Assembly: GCA_965153355.1 (NCBI GenBank)
Contig: OZ231126.1
Location: 40,548,001 to 40,612,000 of the forward strand
DNA length: 64,000 nt
Direction: 5' to 3'
DNA from: Flaccisagitta enflata
Taxonomy: Eukaryota
The notes below the pieces were generated by a model. It was not told the origin of the DNA. It was given only the letters and a program-made list of their open reading frames with translations, and made no database searches. Made by a program: the position numbers and the translations under genes. Every line of letters starts with the position of its first letter. The first letter of the stretch is position 1. Below, one piece after another: positions 13,401 through 27,094 of the stretch.

Positions 13401-14994
13401 GCTGGAAGATTTGGAATCAAAGTTGACTTCGACCCGAGCTGAACTGAACAGCAAAGAGCAGCAGCTTACCGGGTTCGCTGGATCGATGTTGAGCTCGGAT
13501 GGGAAGACGATGGCTGAAGTGGAGGCCGAGAGGGATCAAGCTATCAAAGAGAGAGATGCTGCTTTGAAGACGCAACAGGAGGTGATCCAGAGGGTGGCGG
13601 AGTCGGAACGCCGCCTTACGGCGATTGAGGCGGCAACTGCGGCGAAGTTACCGGCGGCGGAAGCGATAAAGTTTTCGGCAACAGAAAGTGTGGCGCCACA
13701 GTCTCACGACCTTCCAACAACGGGGATGATGTCGAGAGCGTCGTTGGGTCTGGGCACAGCGTCGACGGGCGTGCATCAGGGTGATATTAATTCACGGCTC
13801 TTCGGGATGGCGTCAACGGGAAACCACGTGGTGAGATCGACAGCGCCATTTCCGGCGGCGGCCGCCGATGGTCAAAGAGGCGGCGACCGAGGACAGGATG
13901 AACACGATCCTCGTCACGATGGACGCCGGGACGATGGCGGGGACCGTCGTGGTGATGATGATGGACGACGTGGATATGGAGGAAGGCGAAATGTCGATGA
14001 AGACGACGATTACAGCGATACGTCGACCTCAGGACATGGCAGACGTCGTTACCGTCCTCCTGCGGGAATGAGCGTAAGAAAAATCATTAGTGAGAGCAAC
14101 AAAATCATTGATGTGAAGCTGGTTGATACACAAGACATAACGGAATTCATAGAATCCCAGTCTTTGCTTCACCGTGCAGTTATGTTGTACTATGGGGAGG
14201 AGACTCAAAAAACGCAAGTTATGGTTGTCATGCATAATTGTGATAAGCGTTTGAGGGGGGAAGCAAATTTCATATACGATGAATGCAAAGAAAGTGGGAA
14301 ATGGGACTTAAATACGTTTTTTAAGGACCTGTTTGCTGCAATTTGGCCTGCCCCTACATCCACCCTACGGATTGGATTTGATAAGCTTACACAGTCCTAC
14401 CCACTTAAGGGGAGCATACGTGACTATGCTAGACGATTTAAGGGGTTTTGTGTCCTTATGGGGTTTGAGCTGAAGCCACAGATTAACAAGTTTATAGACG
14501 GACTGACCTCAGCTAGCCTAAGGGCAGCTGTGCGACGCCACAACCTTGAGGCCCTTGAGTTCAAGGAGATAATGGAGCTGACTGTGAGCATCTCAAACAA
14601 TCTACAGACGGAGAAACCTGGTGACTCAGTGTTGATGGTGGGTGGGGGTGATCAAGGTCAAGAAGAGGATGAGGTATGCCACAAAATCTTTGATGACCCA
14701 CTTAGAAAGTATTTTGAGGTCGCCACGGACAAAGGGGTTAATCACCGATGTTTCCAATGTTTTTCGGATAAGCACAGAGTGACTGAGTGTAAGAAAACTC
14801 ATTGTCGCTTCTGTGGGAAAAAGAGCTCGGTATGCCGCCACTATTCTCTGATTTGTGGGAAAGCCCCACGAAATTTGACCACTTTCTTAGGGGTGAGGGA
14901 TAGCGTGGTGGAAAAACGGACAAATGTTATGAAAATTGCTGATGATTTTAAGGATTTCACATTTCAAGATTCAGACTTCTCCAATGTGGAGTGA
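10412..14994 (+). CDS. gag: Spliced Gag, join(10412..10656,10878..11153,13401..14994), about 704 aa: coiled-coil N-terminus, capsid-like domain, zinc knuckles
   Basis: Two GT-AG introns, both phase 2 and frame-preserving (CTAAG|GTATAT...CTAATTGTTATACAG|A; GAAAG|GTAGAT...GGTCTAACAG|G). Last exon has TQSYPLKGSIRDYARRF...FIDGL and CFQCFSDKHRVTEC...CRFC...HYSLIC. Confidence 0.72.
11380..12190. repeat. Degenerate AT-rich ~10-bp tandem repeat (TTTGTTAAAA) in gag intron 2
   Basis: Dozens of TTGTTAAA/TGCTAAAA variants. Confidence 0.85.
12508..13258. repeat. (TTCA)n microsatellite in gag intron 2
   Basis: Direct reading of the sequence. Confidence 0.95.
13401..14994 (+). CDS. gag: Retrotransposon Gag, main exon
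   Basis: Long ORF 13312-14994 with a major-homology-like motif and a CX2CX4HX4C knuckle. Confidence 0.88.
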
Positions 14995-15765
14995 CTAGAC
15001 GGAGTTTTGGGCACTGAGCAGGATTATGTTCAGAGGGCTGACAAAAAGGTTGGGCAGGAGCAGTCACTCATGGGGGAGAAGGATACTGTGGTGGAAAAGG
15101 TGCATATTTTGACTAAGGAAGAGCTGAGGGATATAGGTCAGATGGAGGGGGTAAATTTTGACCAGGGCCCGGCACAACCCCTATTTTTGGTGGGGAAGGT
15201 GGAGGCTGGGCAGGGGAAGGAAAAATTTGCCCTTGAGTTAGATTCCGGGTCTGATAGATCGTTGATACCGTTATCTTTGGCCAGTCAATTGAGATTGCCT
15301 ATGAAAAGGTTTGCCAAGCCAAAGGATATTACAGGGGTGGGTGGTAGAAAAATCAGTTGCTATGACTACACAGTACTCAGGGTGTGGTTTAGGAGCAAGG
15401 AGGGTAAACAGTTAAAAATAACTTTGTTGGCTTATGTGGTGGAGACTGATATCCCAGTCTTGATGGGGAGTGATGCATTGGGTAAATTAGGGGCAGTTGT
15501 AAACTATGAAAACAGTACACTGTCTATAGGGTCACATATTGTCTCTCTGTGCAACTCGAGGTCAGATCTCAAGAGAATGATGAATACTGGGGCTGACTAT
15601 GTACACGTAGTAACTACAATGGAGTACATTTTACCTGGAAATGCAGCAGAGTTGGTTAATGTAGAGTTGACTTCGCGCCTGACTGGGTCTTTGGCGTTAG
15701 TGGGCTTCGAATCGGAGGCCAGGTTTCCCCTCAGCACTGTATATGAGAAAGTGGAGGAAGGGGAT
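14995..15765 (+). CDS. Retroviral-type aspartic protease (start of pol), in frame with gag after the TGA; interrupted by a HINE
   Basis: FALELDSGSDRSLI active site, ITGVGG flap, PVLMGSDAL motif. No in-frame ATG until ~25 codons past the stop. ORF residues after ~15765 come from the inserted element. Confidence 0.85.
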
Positions 15766-15960
15766 AACAAGGCCGGATATACGGCTACCCCAGTCAGGTG
15801 CAGATGGGAAGGAGCAGTGCTAACAAAGGTTACTAGAGCTTTTGGGGCAGGAGCAGTAGGCTCAAAAAGCTCAAAACTCTAAAAAAGTAAAAAAGTGACC
15901 ACTGACCAACTGACAGACCGACATACTGGGATGTAAATTCGCGTAACATGCGACTAAAAA
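15766..15960 (-). mobile_element. DINE-1/HINE-like element inserted in the retroelement pol
   Basis: AACAAGGCCGGATATACGGCTACCCCAGTC ... GACC repeats ... CGCGTAACATGCGACTAAAAA, i.e. the reverse complement of the family consensus. Confidence 0.75.
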
Positions 15961-16029
15961 GAGTGAAGTCCCAGAAAGTTATGTTCCTTAAGGTCATGTA
16001 TAGGTTGACATAACAGAGGCAATTTCTCT

Positions 16030-16129
<100 letters not shown>

Positions 16130-16694
16130 CAATGGACAAACAGACAGACAGACAGACAGACAGATAGATAGATAAGCAGACAGAGAGAGACAGAGAGGAG
16201 AGGAAAAGACACTTTTGTTCCATGAATATTGAGCTCTCTGATTGGTTGATTGAATATCTTTGGCTGAATTTTGGACTAGAGCTAGTACTGAAACCACTCT
16301 AGTCAGCTTTGGACTTAAGTGGAAGGAAATTGGACATCCATCCATTGAATTATAAAAGTCTGTTATTTTGTTTGTAAAAATCAACATTTATCATTTCCTG
16401 TTTTGATATTTAGGAAAAGAAAAAATGATTATTTGAAAAAACAAACATTTTTAGAGAATTCTTATCTTAAGATTTTCAAAAATTTACAATAATAGAAAAT
16501 TTTCAAAAATGAATGCAGACTGATGCAAATAAGATCAAGATAAGGCCACAGAAAACTTTCTTTTTGAAGTTTCTGGAAAAAACCACTGTTTAGAAGGGGT
16601 AGTCAGATTTTGTCTTGAGTGGTTAGGGGGGCTTACTGCCCTCATTTTTAAATGATGAGGATTTGGCCTAGAGTGTCCTCCTCATAAGGAGAAT

Positions 16695-16794
<100 letters not shown>

Positions 16795-17022
16795 TGGATG
16801 GATACTATACTTCCGTCGAGACTATTAAACAAGTCTATAGGAACGAATTTTCATTTCACATCGATTTGAATTGGGTGTCTAGAGTTTGAGTTTGCCAGAT
16901 GCAGAAGAAGAAAAGGGTAGACAGACAGATGAACAGACACACAGACAGTCGTTTCGTCGTTTCGTCGTTTCGTCGCTGGATTTCTTTAGTCTTTGAAGGA
17001 GTTGTCGTTGAAGCTTTCACGA

Positions 17023-17055
<33 letters not shown>

Positions 17056-17142
17056 TGTGGTTGTGGTTGTGCGGGGGGGGGGGCAGACAATCATTCAAGC
17101 AGATATTCAGACACAGTTGGGATACAGATATATCCGTAGAAG

Positions 17143-18104
<962 letters not shown>

Positions 18105-18119
18105 GACAGACAGACAGAC

Positions 18120-18276
18120 AGAGACAGAGACAGAGAAACTGAGAGACTCAAAGACAGAGAAACTGAGAGACTCAAAGACAGAGAAACTGAGAGACTCAAA
18201 GACAGAGAAACTGAGAGACTCAAAGTTAGAGAAACTGAGCGACTCAAAGACTGAAAGACAGAGAAACTGAGAGAAA
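18120..18276. repeat. 24-bp minisatellite (AGACAGAGAAACTGAGAGACTCAA)
   Basis: About 6 copies read directly. Confidence 0.85.
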
Positions 18277-20339
18277 TTCATGAGAGAAATCTTGATTTAA
18301 AGCTATGGATGTTATGAGCATTTTACAATGGGAAGATCAGATAGGTGTGAGGAATGTGGGGGCACAATTCAGCACACAAATCTGGTACTCTTTCTTGTCA
18401 CTTGCACATTTCATGAATAGCTGACAATCATAGGTTTTTCTTACTCCTGATTTGTATCTGTTGAGCTGCTCTTTGATAAGGGTTGAGGTGGAATTTTTGA
18501 TACTGCTAAGGATAGTTTTGATGGGTGCGCATTAAACACCAGTTAGAGCTCCAAAGGCTCTTGTCCATATCTTGATTTTTTTTTGGGTTACAATGTAATG
18601 TTGTCCAATGTCATAAGGAGATAGAGAGACAGAGAAACTGAGAGAGACACACACACACACAGAGAGACACACACACACACAGACACACACACAGACACAC
18701 ACACCCACACACACACACATGCAAACACACAAACTTATAAACACAGACAGACAGACATGTCATTACCATTTTCTTATAAAAACTTGCTTTGATACTTTTT
18801 TTAATACTTTGATATTTTCATGCCTTGTTTCATTTTTTTTTAAGTCACGGACTAGCGACTCTATAGGAGGCTTTGTCTGTTGGTTTGTTGGCTCATTGGC
18901 GTGTTGGTGTGAAAACAAACATTTCCTCCCCATCCCACCCATCTGCTACTGGTATTGGCTGTGTGGAGATATTTGAACAAAATTGTATAAAATCTAGTTG
19001 ATGATGATGGTTACTATCATTATTATCATTGGGTTTATAACCATCAACATAAATGCGACAATGCAAACATCAATCAGAAATCAAAATCTACAAACTACTA
19101 CAATCTTAGTGAAACTACTACAATCTTAGTGAAACGATTTTTTTTTGAAAGATTTACCAGGGGTCTTACTTTTGCTTTACAAATGACTCAATCCCGACAT
19201 ACTCTGCATTGGATATGTTCTTATGCCCTCACATTCCTTCCAAGCGTCCCAGTTAACCAGTTTATTGTAGATATGATATGCTGCACAAGGATCAAATTAG
19301 TAAATACAAATGAGATTGAATGCTGTTAGGTGAGGGTCAATCAGTGTGATGATCAACAAACCAGCAAATATTCATGGATGTTTAGATCAATCATCTGACA
19401 TATTGACATGGACTATGGTATCAATATCATATTGAATCAATCAGTGTGATGATCGACAAACCAACAAATATTGATCGATGATTAGATCAATCATCTGACA
19501 TACAAACATACAAGCAAACGTGACTCGTCTGACATATATGAGGAGTATGAGAAGGTGCCCAGATGAATATGGTCTACTTCGGCCCGCCATATTTATCAAG
19601 TGTTTTCTTGTGGTCTGCATATCTCATGTATAGACAGAAATTGGTGACATTTTTTTAAATGTTGCATAACTTTTTGACCAGTCTTGTGATAATTTCTGAA
19701 GAAGGAATATTTCTTTAGAAATTTAAAGGATAGTTGTGATGGGTCCGGATAAACACCAGTGAGAGCTCCAAAGGCTCTCATCCTTTAGTAAAGTAGGGTT
19801 GAGTAGTAATGTTGTCCAACTTTCATATAGATAATATCATGAATCAAATAAACATTGCTTTTATACCATTCTTATTACAATAATAGGCCTGTCCAAAAAT
19901 GGAGGCTGAATGCTCATCTGAAAAATGAAGGCAGTAATTTCCCAACCCACTCAAGGCAAAATTGGAAAAAAATGATTTCAGTTATTACTGACTATTCTAA
20001 CTAAAGTGATTTCTGGAGAAACTTCAAAAAGAAATCTAAATAATGCAAAAATTATTCCAAAAGACCTTTTAGATTTTTTTAATCTTTAAAGATTGCAAGA
20101 GTATTGACTTAAGAAAGGACATATATGAATTATCAAAACATTTTTTTCATTTCCTGATGAATACAAATGGTCAACTGCAAATTCAGATTTTTTTCATTAC
20201 CAGAATATCTTTTATGAAAATTAACATACTAAAGGGCATATTTTTTTTGGATAATTTTTAAAAGTACAAAGAAAAAAGATAAGAAAAAGTACAAAAACAG
20301 AATGAATTTTAGAAATATAGAAATGACCTTTATTAAAAG

Positions 20340-20537
20340 ACAAGGCCGGATACATAGCTACCCTAGTCTCGTGCGGGTGGGCAGGAGCAGTGCTAGAGAA
20401 GATCACCAGGGCATCTGGGCAGGTGCCAAATGCTCAAAAAGCTCAAAAATGCCAAAAAAGTAAAAAGGAGACCAACCGACCAACCGACCAACCGACCAAC
20501 TGATATAGTGGGGTGTAGAGTCGTGTAGCACGCGACT
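20340..20537 (-). mobile_element. DINE-1/HINE-like element
   Basis: CAAGGCCGGATACATAGC...GACCAACC repeats...GTCGTGTAGCACGCGACT. Confidence 0.75.
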
Positions 20538-20853
20538 GACAACCCTATCAAAACATGAAATAATAGATTTGGAAGGAGTAGCTTGACAAGATGTTTTAGT
20601 GAGATATTTATATCCAATTGAATATGTGTGTCCTTTATTCATTTGGAAAATGAAAGTAAAAGAGTGCCATATTTGTCAGTTTCATGGTCCCCATTTGTAA
20701 ACAGGTAGGCTGGGGAAACATAGCAAAAAAATGCTCACACTATTATGATGGTCTGTGGCTCGAAGTTCTAATTGCAGTCTTTTTATGAACAGAAAAGAAA
20801 TAAAACAATCACTGCATTCATCACATTCAGTCACTTTCATAGATCTAAAGAAG

Positions 20854-22149
20854 CTAGAAATTGTCAAAACGACAAAGAGTAACTTTTGATTTAGTACTGT
20901 AGATGTATCCAAAACCCATATGCAGTTCAATGAAATGATATGGATTCCCATCTGAATCATATGGATCCCAGTTTGAATCTGAGTCTGAGTCTGAGTTGGA
21001 ATCTGAATCAGAATGGATTTGAAAGCTGCCAAGTTGGCAAATGTGACAAGAAAAGCTACAGTTGTTAAAACAAACATAAACATCATTATTACACAACTTC
21101 TGTTTGAACAGGTTTGTATCATCCCCCCATATCCCAGCCCAAAAACCGAGCATGACTGTTGTTCTCTGGAATTGGTATTTGCAATGAGATGGCAGAATAT
21201 CAAATTGATCGAGAAAATTCTCTTTAGATACAAAAGCAAATGGATCCGGAGAAATGTTTCGAGTGAAATGCTGAATAACTGTGCTGAATTCTAGAGCTGA
21301 ACTTGGATCAAAGCCAGCAAACAAGTTTGGATCCCCCAAGTTAAAGATCTTCAAAACATGATCTCCACAGTTGTTTGCTTGGGTTGTGGTGTAGATAGCC
21401 AAATGATTTTTTGACAGTGCAATATTTTTCAGATTTGTCAAACTAAACTTTGTGTCTGCATCTTGGAATTTTCCATCATATCTTTGGTAAAAAAACAAAT
21501 GTTGTTCCTCTGGATGGTCTGACAGTAAAATCATGTAAGCGTCATTCACATGCCAGCTTGTTATCCAGGTATCAGTACATGTTGTTTTACCATACTGTCC
21601 TTCAGGGTCGCTTTTCCAGAATGATATGCAGTTGGCACAGTCGTGAGACGGATATAGGACAAGAGAATGAGTCAGATAATGAATTTTCTCTATTCCTGGA
21701 TATGTCCTAAAGATGTTTGTTGCAGAAGAAGATTGAGAGAATGTCTCAAGGTCGTAGATTTGAATCCATCCACCTTCAAAGTATATGAGGAGTTTTGTCA
21801 TCTCTGAATTTGTTTGAATAAGGAGGATGTAGTCATCATCATCAAAAGTCTTTGATTGATCCATGGAATTCCCTCCTAAACGCATTCGTTGGCGAGTGAT
21901 TGAGAGTCGTCTCCATGCTTCACAAACTTTTTCTTTGAGTTCCGTGGTGGATTCATTGTTAAGATTTTTAAGGGGAGATGAAATTTCTGATTGTAACTTT
22001 GTAAATGGTATAGCCAGTGTTTGCCAGAGTTTTTTTGATTCATCAATTATTTTGTGGAAGTAATGGTTTGTCAAGGACAAAGAGGTCATTTCATTCAGAG
22101 TTAGATAACCAAATATTTGCACAAGTAACTCTTCCGGTAGTTGTTCCAT
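20854..22149 (-). CDS. F-box domain protein, 431 aa, intronless CDS with an unrecognised beta-rich C-terminal region
   Basis: N-terminal MEQLPEELLVQIFGYLTLNEMTSLSLTNHYFHKII...LW is a typical F-box. ATG at 22149 follows a likely 5'-UTR splice acceptor (T-run...GCCCCAG) at ~22170. Confidence 0.88.
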   Translation of the reverse strand: MEQLPEELLVQIFGYLTLNEMTSLSLTNHYFHKIIDESKKLWQTLAIPFTKLQSEISSPLKNLNNESTTELKEKVCEAWRRLSITRQRMRLGGNSMDQSKTFDDDDYILLIQTNSEMTKLLIYFEGGWIQIYDLETFSQSSSATNIFRTYPGIEKIHYLTHSLVLYPSHDCANCISFWKSDPEGQYGKTTCTDTWITSWHVNDAYMILLSDHPEEQHLFFYQRYDGKFQDADTKFSLTNLKNIALSKNHLAIYTTTQANNCGDHVLKIFNLGDPNLFAGFDPSSALEFSTVIQHFTRNISPDPFAFVSKENFLDQFDILPSHCKYQFQRTTVMLGFWAGIWGDDTNLFKQKLCNNDVYVCFNNCSFSCHICQLGSFQIHSDSDSNSDSDSDSNWDPYDSDGNPYHFIELHMGFGYIYSTKSKVTLCRFDNF

Positions 22150-22759
22150 GTTTCTTTGTGGGTAATGACTGGGGCAAAAAAAAAAAAAAAGAACGATACA
22201 AATAGAAAAGAACATCTGAACTAATGGAACTTCACTAGTGAAGAAAATTTATGATTAACCAAAACAAAAAATGAATTTATTTGTAAATCTTTCATGAAGT
22301 ATCATTTATAACTGTGAGGCGAATGTCAAGAAACAGCAAGAGGGCAGGGATAGAATTAGCCATTTTTTAATTTTACAAATTCAACAAAACCAAATATCAC
22401 TGTATAGTTGGCAAGTAACATTTACCAATCCATAAAGAAATTGTCTTAACTGACCTCAGTTTTTGTGCAAATTAAGCTTAATCAAATTAGCAATAAAATC
22501 AATATGAGAATATTTTTTCATAAATTGTGTTTAAATGCAATTGTGTGAGGATGTTTCACCATAAAGAATTGAAATTTCCTGAATTTTCAAAAAATCTCTT
22601 AAAGTACCATTTTTGGTTGGTTGGGCGGTTCTATAAAAATTTCTTTCACCAAGCTCTTCTCAATACAAGTGTTGTAGATCCTTGTCAACAACTTCCATGC
22701 AATATTTCAGCCAAATTGGACAACTCATTAAAAAGCTATGCCACTTTTTTGTTTCTTTA

Positions 22760-22967
22760 TTTGCGTGCTCCACGACTCTACACCACGCTTTGTTTGTCAG
22801 TTGGTTGATCAGCTGGTTGGTTGGTCAGCTGGTTGATTGGTCACACTTTCCTTTTTTTATGTTTTTTATTCTTAGACATACTGCTCCTGCCCAAATGCCA
22901 TGCAGACCTCAAATATGGCCCCTGCCCACCCACACACAACTGGAATAGCCGTGTATCCGGCCTTGTT
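22760..22967 (+). mobile_element. DINE-1/HINE-like element
   Basis: GCGTGCTCCACGACTCTACA...GGTT repeats...GCCGTGTATCCGGCCTTGTT. Confidence 0.7.
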
Positions 22968-24255
22968 ATCTGGTAGGCTGATTGGGATGGTTGGGCTGGT
23001 TGGACTCATCTCCAGAAGTCCAAATATTTTTTCCTTATACCTCTTTGTAAACTGTGATTATCCCCAAAATATCATTGGTAAAGCTCAAATTGTACCAGAG
23101 ATACAGGCATTTTTGTAAATTTGACAAATTGATTTTTTTTCCTCTAATCTTGACTGCTGTTAAGAAGAAATCAACTACAAGAATAGTCTGATGGGTGTAT
23201 CAATTCTGTTCTTCAGGACTGACAAAATGTAAAATTCTACTGTGTCCAAACGTCTGTCAGAGACTTCAAATCATTGAAGTACAATCAAAATTTCACACCC
23301 TTTCACATAGGGTGGTCAGATTTCATGTAATATGTGTTATTTTCACTTTATAGTGGCATATCTAGTGTTAGGTATACATTAGGAACATGTTTAAGATTTT
23401 CATGAGTTGATACACTCCGAGAAAAAAGCTACTTCTCAGTGTAGCACGCAACTAAAAAGCTACTTCTCAGCATAGGATCAACCCAATAACATGAAAATTG
23501 CAAGAAATGTCTCTCAAGTTGTTGTCCATCACTTAATAACAGGAAAATTACTTAACGTTCAAGCAAAATGAGTTATGAAAAAATAAATATCATAAAGTTC
23601 AACTTTGAGAGAAAAAGAAAAAAAATAGAGGAGGGGTAAATTTGATTTTTATATCATTTTTTGATAACTTATTATTTGAGTAAATAGTTGAATCTTATTT
23701 GTATACTGTGGGATTGATAATGGTCCTTGAAAACTCAGAATATCATATGCTAAAACATTTTTCTATTTGTTTTGCTTGCTATTTCTACTGGAGACAGAAT
23801 GGAGACAAGTTGAAAAGAGCCTTGATCAAGTTTTTAGATCCCTTAGGAGTAGGAAGAGTCACAAGAAATGGCTTGAAATTATGCACAAGGTAGTTATGAA
23901 TGTCTTTGAAGCATTTCATTTGTATGCAATGATGTATCTGAATGGCTAATGTAGATTGGAAGAAAGTCGGGCCCTCAAACTTGCTGCAGGACCGTGACAT
24001 TTGCCATCAAGTTTTGCTTGAAATATTGTTTTTAAGGACTTTCTGAACCTTTCATCTTAAATTGAATCAACATTTTAGTGGTAAAATTATGGGATTGACA
24101 AACTACACTGAAACACCCGATAAGGACATTTAGTCATTAATGGAAAGCCAGATAAACACATTTAGTTATAAATAGAAAGCCCTCCCTGTCCAAAAAACAA
24201 CAGATTGATGGCAACTTTACAACAGGTTTACAAAAAGCTATGCAAAAAATCTTGA

Positions 24256-24382
24256 AACAAGGCCAAGTAGGCCAATAAGGTGCGACTTGTGGATTGTCGA
24301 ACTAATGCGTTACCCCACAGACAGACCAACTGACCAACCGACAAACACAGCCAGTTATAGAGGTGCTTTGTCGCACCTGAAA
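24256..24382 (-). mobile_element. Second HINE-like family (AGGTGCGAC/GTCGCACCT inverted motifs); related copy at 39720-39820
   Basis: AAACAAGGCC..GGCC hairpin, AGGTGCGAC, GACC repeats, AGGTGCTTTGTCGCACCT. Inserted in an A-run at a tandem-repeat junction. Confidence 0.6.
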
Positions 24383-25890
24383 AGGTACAAATTTGGAAAA
24401 ACATTCATCAAATTTTCATTCTGTTATTTATTTGATTTCTGATGTATATGATTCATTTTTATATATTTTTTTTATTTTTCTTTTATTCTTTTTTTTACTT
24501 TTCTTTTTTTCTTTTTTTTTTTTTACTTTTTCTATTTTTGTTTTTTCATTTTCTATTTTTGTTTTTTATTTTTCATTTTTTACTTTTTTCATTTTCTGTT
24601 TCTATTTTCATTTAGTCATGAATAGAAATGCTATCCCTGCTTTTTAAAGGTACAAATTTGGAAAAACATTCATCAAATTTTCAATCTGTTTTTTATCTGA
24701 TTTCTGATATATATGGTTCTTTCTTTTTTTTTTTTATTGTTTTTTTTTTTTACTTTTCTTTTATTCTTTTGTTTTTTTTTCTTTTTTACTTTTCTTTTGT
24801 TTTCTATTTTTCATTTTCTTTTTTTCATTTTTTCTTTTTTACTTTTTTTATTTTCTATTTCTATATTCATTTAGTTATAAATAGAAAGGCTCCCCCTGCT
24901 AGATAAGCACTTAGTTATAAACAGAGAGGCCCTCTCTGTCCCTTGCAATAACAACAGATTAACAGCAGCTTTACAACAGCTTTACAAAAAGCTATGCAAA
25001 AAATCTTGAAAAAAGGTACAAATTTGGAAAAACATTCATCAAATTTTCTCTCTGTTTTTTATTTGATTTCTGATGTATATGATTCATTTTTATATGTTTT
25101 TTTTATTTTTTTATTCTTTTTTTCACTTTTCTTTTATTTTCTTTTTTTTTTTTACCTTTTACTTTTCTATTTTTTCTATTTTTCATTTTCTATTTTTTAT
25201 TTTCTATTTTTTACTTTTTTCAATTTTCTATTTCTATTTTCATTTAGTCATGAATAGAAAGGCTCTCACTGCTTTTAAAGGTACAAATTTAGAATAACAT
25301 TCATCAAATTTTCATTCTGTTTTTTCTTTGAATACCGATATATATGATTCATTTCTATTTTTTTCTATTTTTCTTTTATTCTTTTTTTTTACTTTTCTTT
25401 CATTCTTTTTTTTTTTACTTTTTACTTTTCTATTTTTCATTTTTTACTTTTTATTTTTCATATTTTACTTTTTTCATTTTCTATTTCTATTTTCATTTTG
25501 TCATGAATAGAAAGGCTCTCCCTGCTAGATAAGCACATAGTTATAAACAGAAAGGCCCTCTCTGTCCCTACTGATAACAACAGATTAACAGCAGCTTTAC
25601 GACAGCTTTTCAAAAAGCTATGCAAAAATCTTGAAAAAAAGGTACAAATTTGGAAAAACATGCATCAAATTTTCAATCTGTTTCTTTTTTTTATTTCTGA
25701 TTTATATGATTCATTTCTCAATCGGTTTTTTTTTTTTTTTAATTTTTTTCTACTTTTTTTTTATCTTTTTTTTTTATTTTTTTTTTATTTTTTTTTATTT
25801 TTTATTTTTTATTTTTTTTTTTTCTATTTTTTTTTCTATTTTTCATTTTTATTTTTTATTTCTTTCATTTTTTATTTCGATTTTTTTTTT
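24380..25890. repeat. Tandem array of T-rich units alternating ~265 and ~365 bp (dimer ~630 bp)
   Basis: AAAGGTACAAATTTGGAAAAACATTCATCAAATTTTC recurs at about 24380, 24646, 25012, 25277, 25638. Confidence 0.88.
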
Positions 25891-26365
25891 TTGCCAGTCA
25901 TACCCTCTAGAAAAGTCAAACCAATAAGTGGTAGATTTCTGATTTGTATAATTCTATTTTTGTGGGAAATTGATATAAAGTTTCAGAAATGGCGGAGAGA
26001 AACAGAATTGAGTGGAATGAGAGGACAGCCTGCATGAAGATGCCAAAGTGGAGTAGAAAAAAAAAGGACAAAATCAAACCGAGGAGGAGGAAAAGAAGCA
26101 CATGGAGAAGGAAGAGGGAAAGAAACACAGGGTAACAATTTTGTGTCTGATGGGTGGGCAGGGGCGTGCAAGTCGCACTGAAAAAGTGTTTTAAACACTT
26201 GCTTATGATGTACAAAGACAGTAGTGCTTTTTGATTGAAGTAACAATACTAGATATGTTCTGAATTGACAAATGTAGTAAGGACTGAGCAAACTGACCAA
26301 CCAACCAATGGACCGACTATCCAGAAAATGGCTTGTAGAGTCGTGTGGCATGCAATTCTCTCTTT

Positions 26366-26442
<77 letters not shown>

Positions 26443-26536
26443 TCACAAATTTAGGTTACAGCTTCTTTTGATGGTTTTTACAACTATGCTCCTTGGCGCA
26501 TTACCTCATCAAACAAATAATCCGTCTTTTCTATGA

Positions 26537-26598
<62 letters not shown>

Positions 26599-26668
26599 TG
26601 AAAAAACAGAGAGGGAAAGAGAGAGACACACACAAATATCATAAGCAATTTCTCCGAAGATGGTCTCC

Positions 26669-26735
<67 letters not shown>

Positions 26736-26796
26736 TCTCTCCTCCAGTTAATTTATCAGTACTGATATGGTAAGAATAATATGGTAGAATGAATGG

Positions 26797-26838
<42 letters not shown>

Positions 26839-26844
26839 TTCATC

Positions 26845-26999
26845 AAATTTCTTTCTTCCTATCTTTCTTTTCTTGCTTTCTTTCTTTCTTCCTTTCTTTC
26901 TTTCTTTCTTTCTTTCTTTTTTTCTCTCAATCTTTCTTTCTTTCTCCTCTGTCTTTCTATGAATAATTCCCTTTCTTTCATTTTCTTTTTCCTTCTTTC

Positions 27000-27035
<36 letters not shown>

Positions 27036-27055
27036 TTTTTCTTTTTTTCTTTTTT

Positions 27056-27094
<39 letters not shown>

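Noticed and set aside
15766-15882. C-terminal 38 aa of the 291-aa protease ORF
   Set aside because: Read-through into an inserted HINE; not retroelement protein.
20682-21294. ORFs overlapping the F-box CDS in other frames or strand
   Set aside because: Shadow ORFs with no recognisable motifs.
24380-25890. CRISPR-like repeat/spacer appearance (also 59835-60060)
   Set aside because: Eukaryotic context, degenerate long repeats, non-unique low-complexity spacers, no cas genes.
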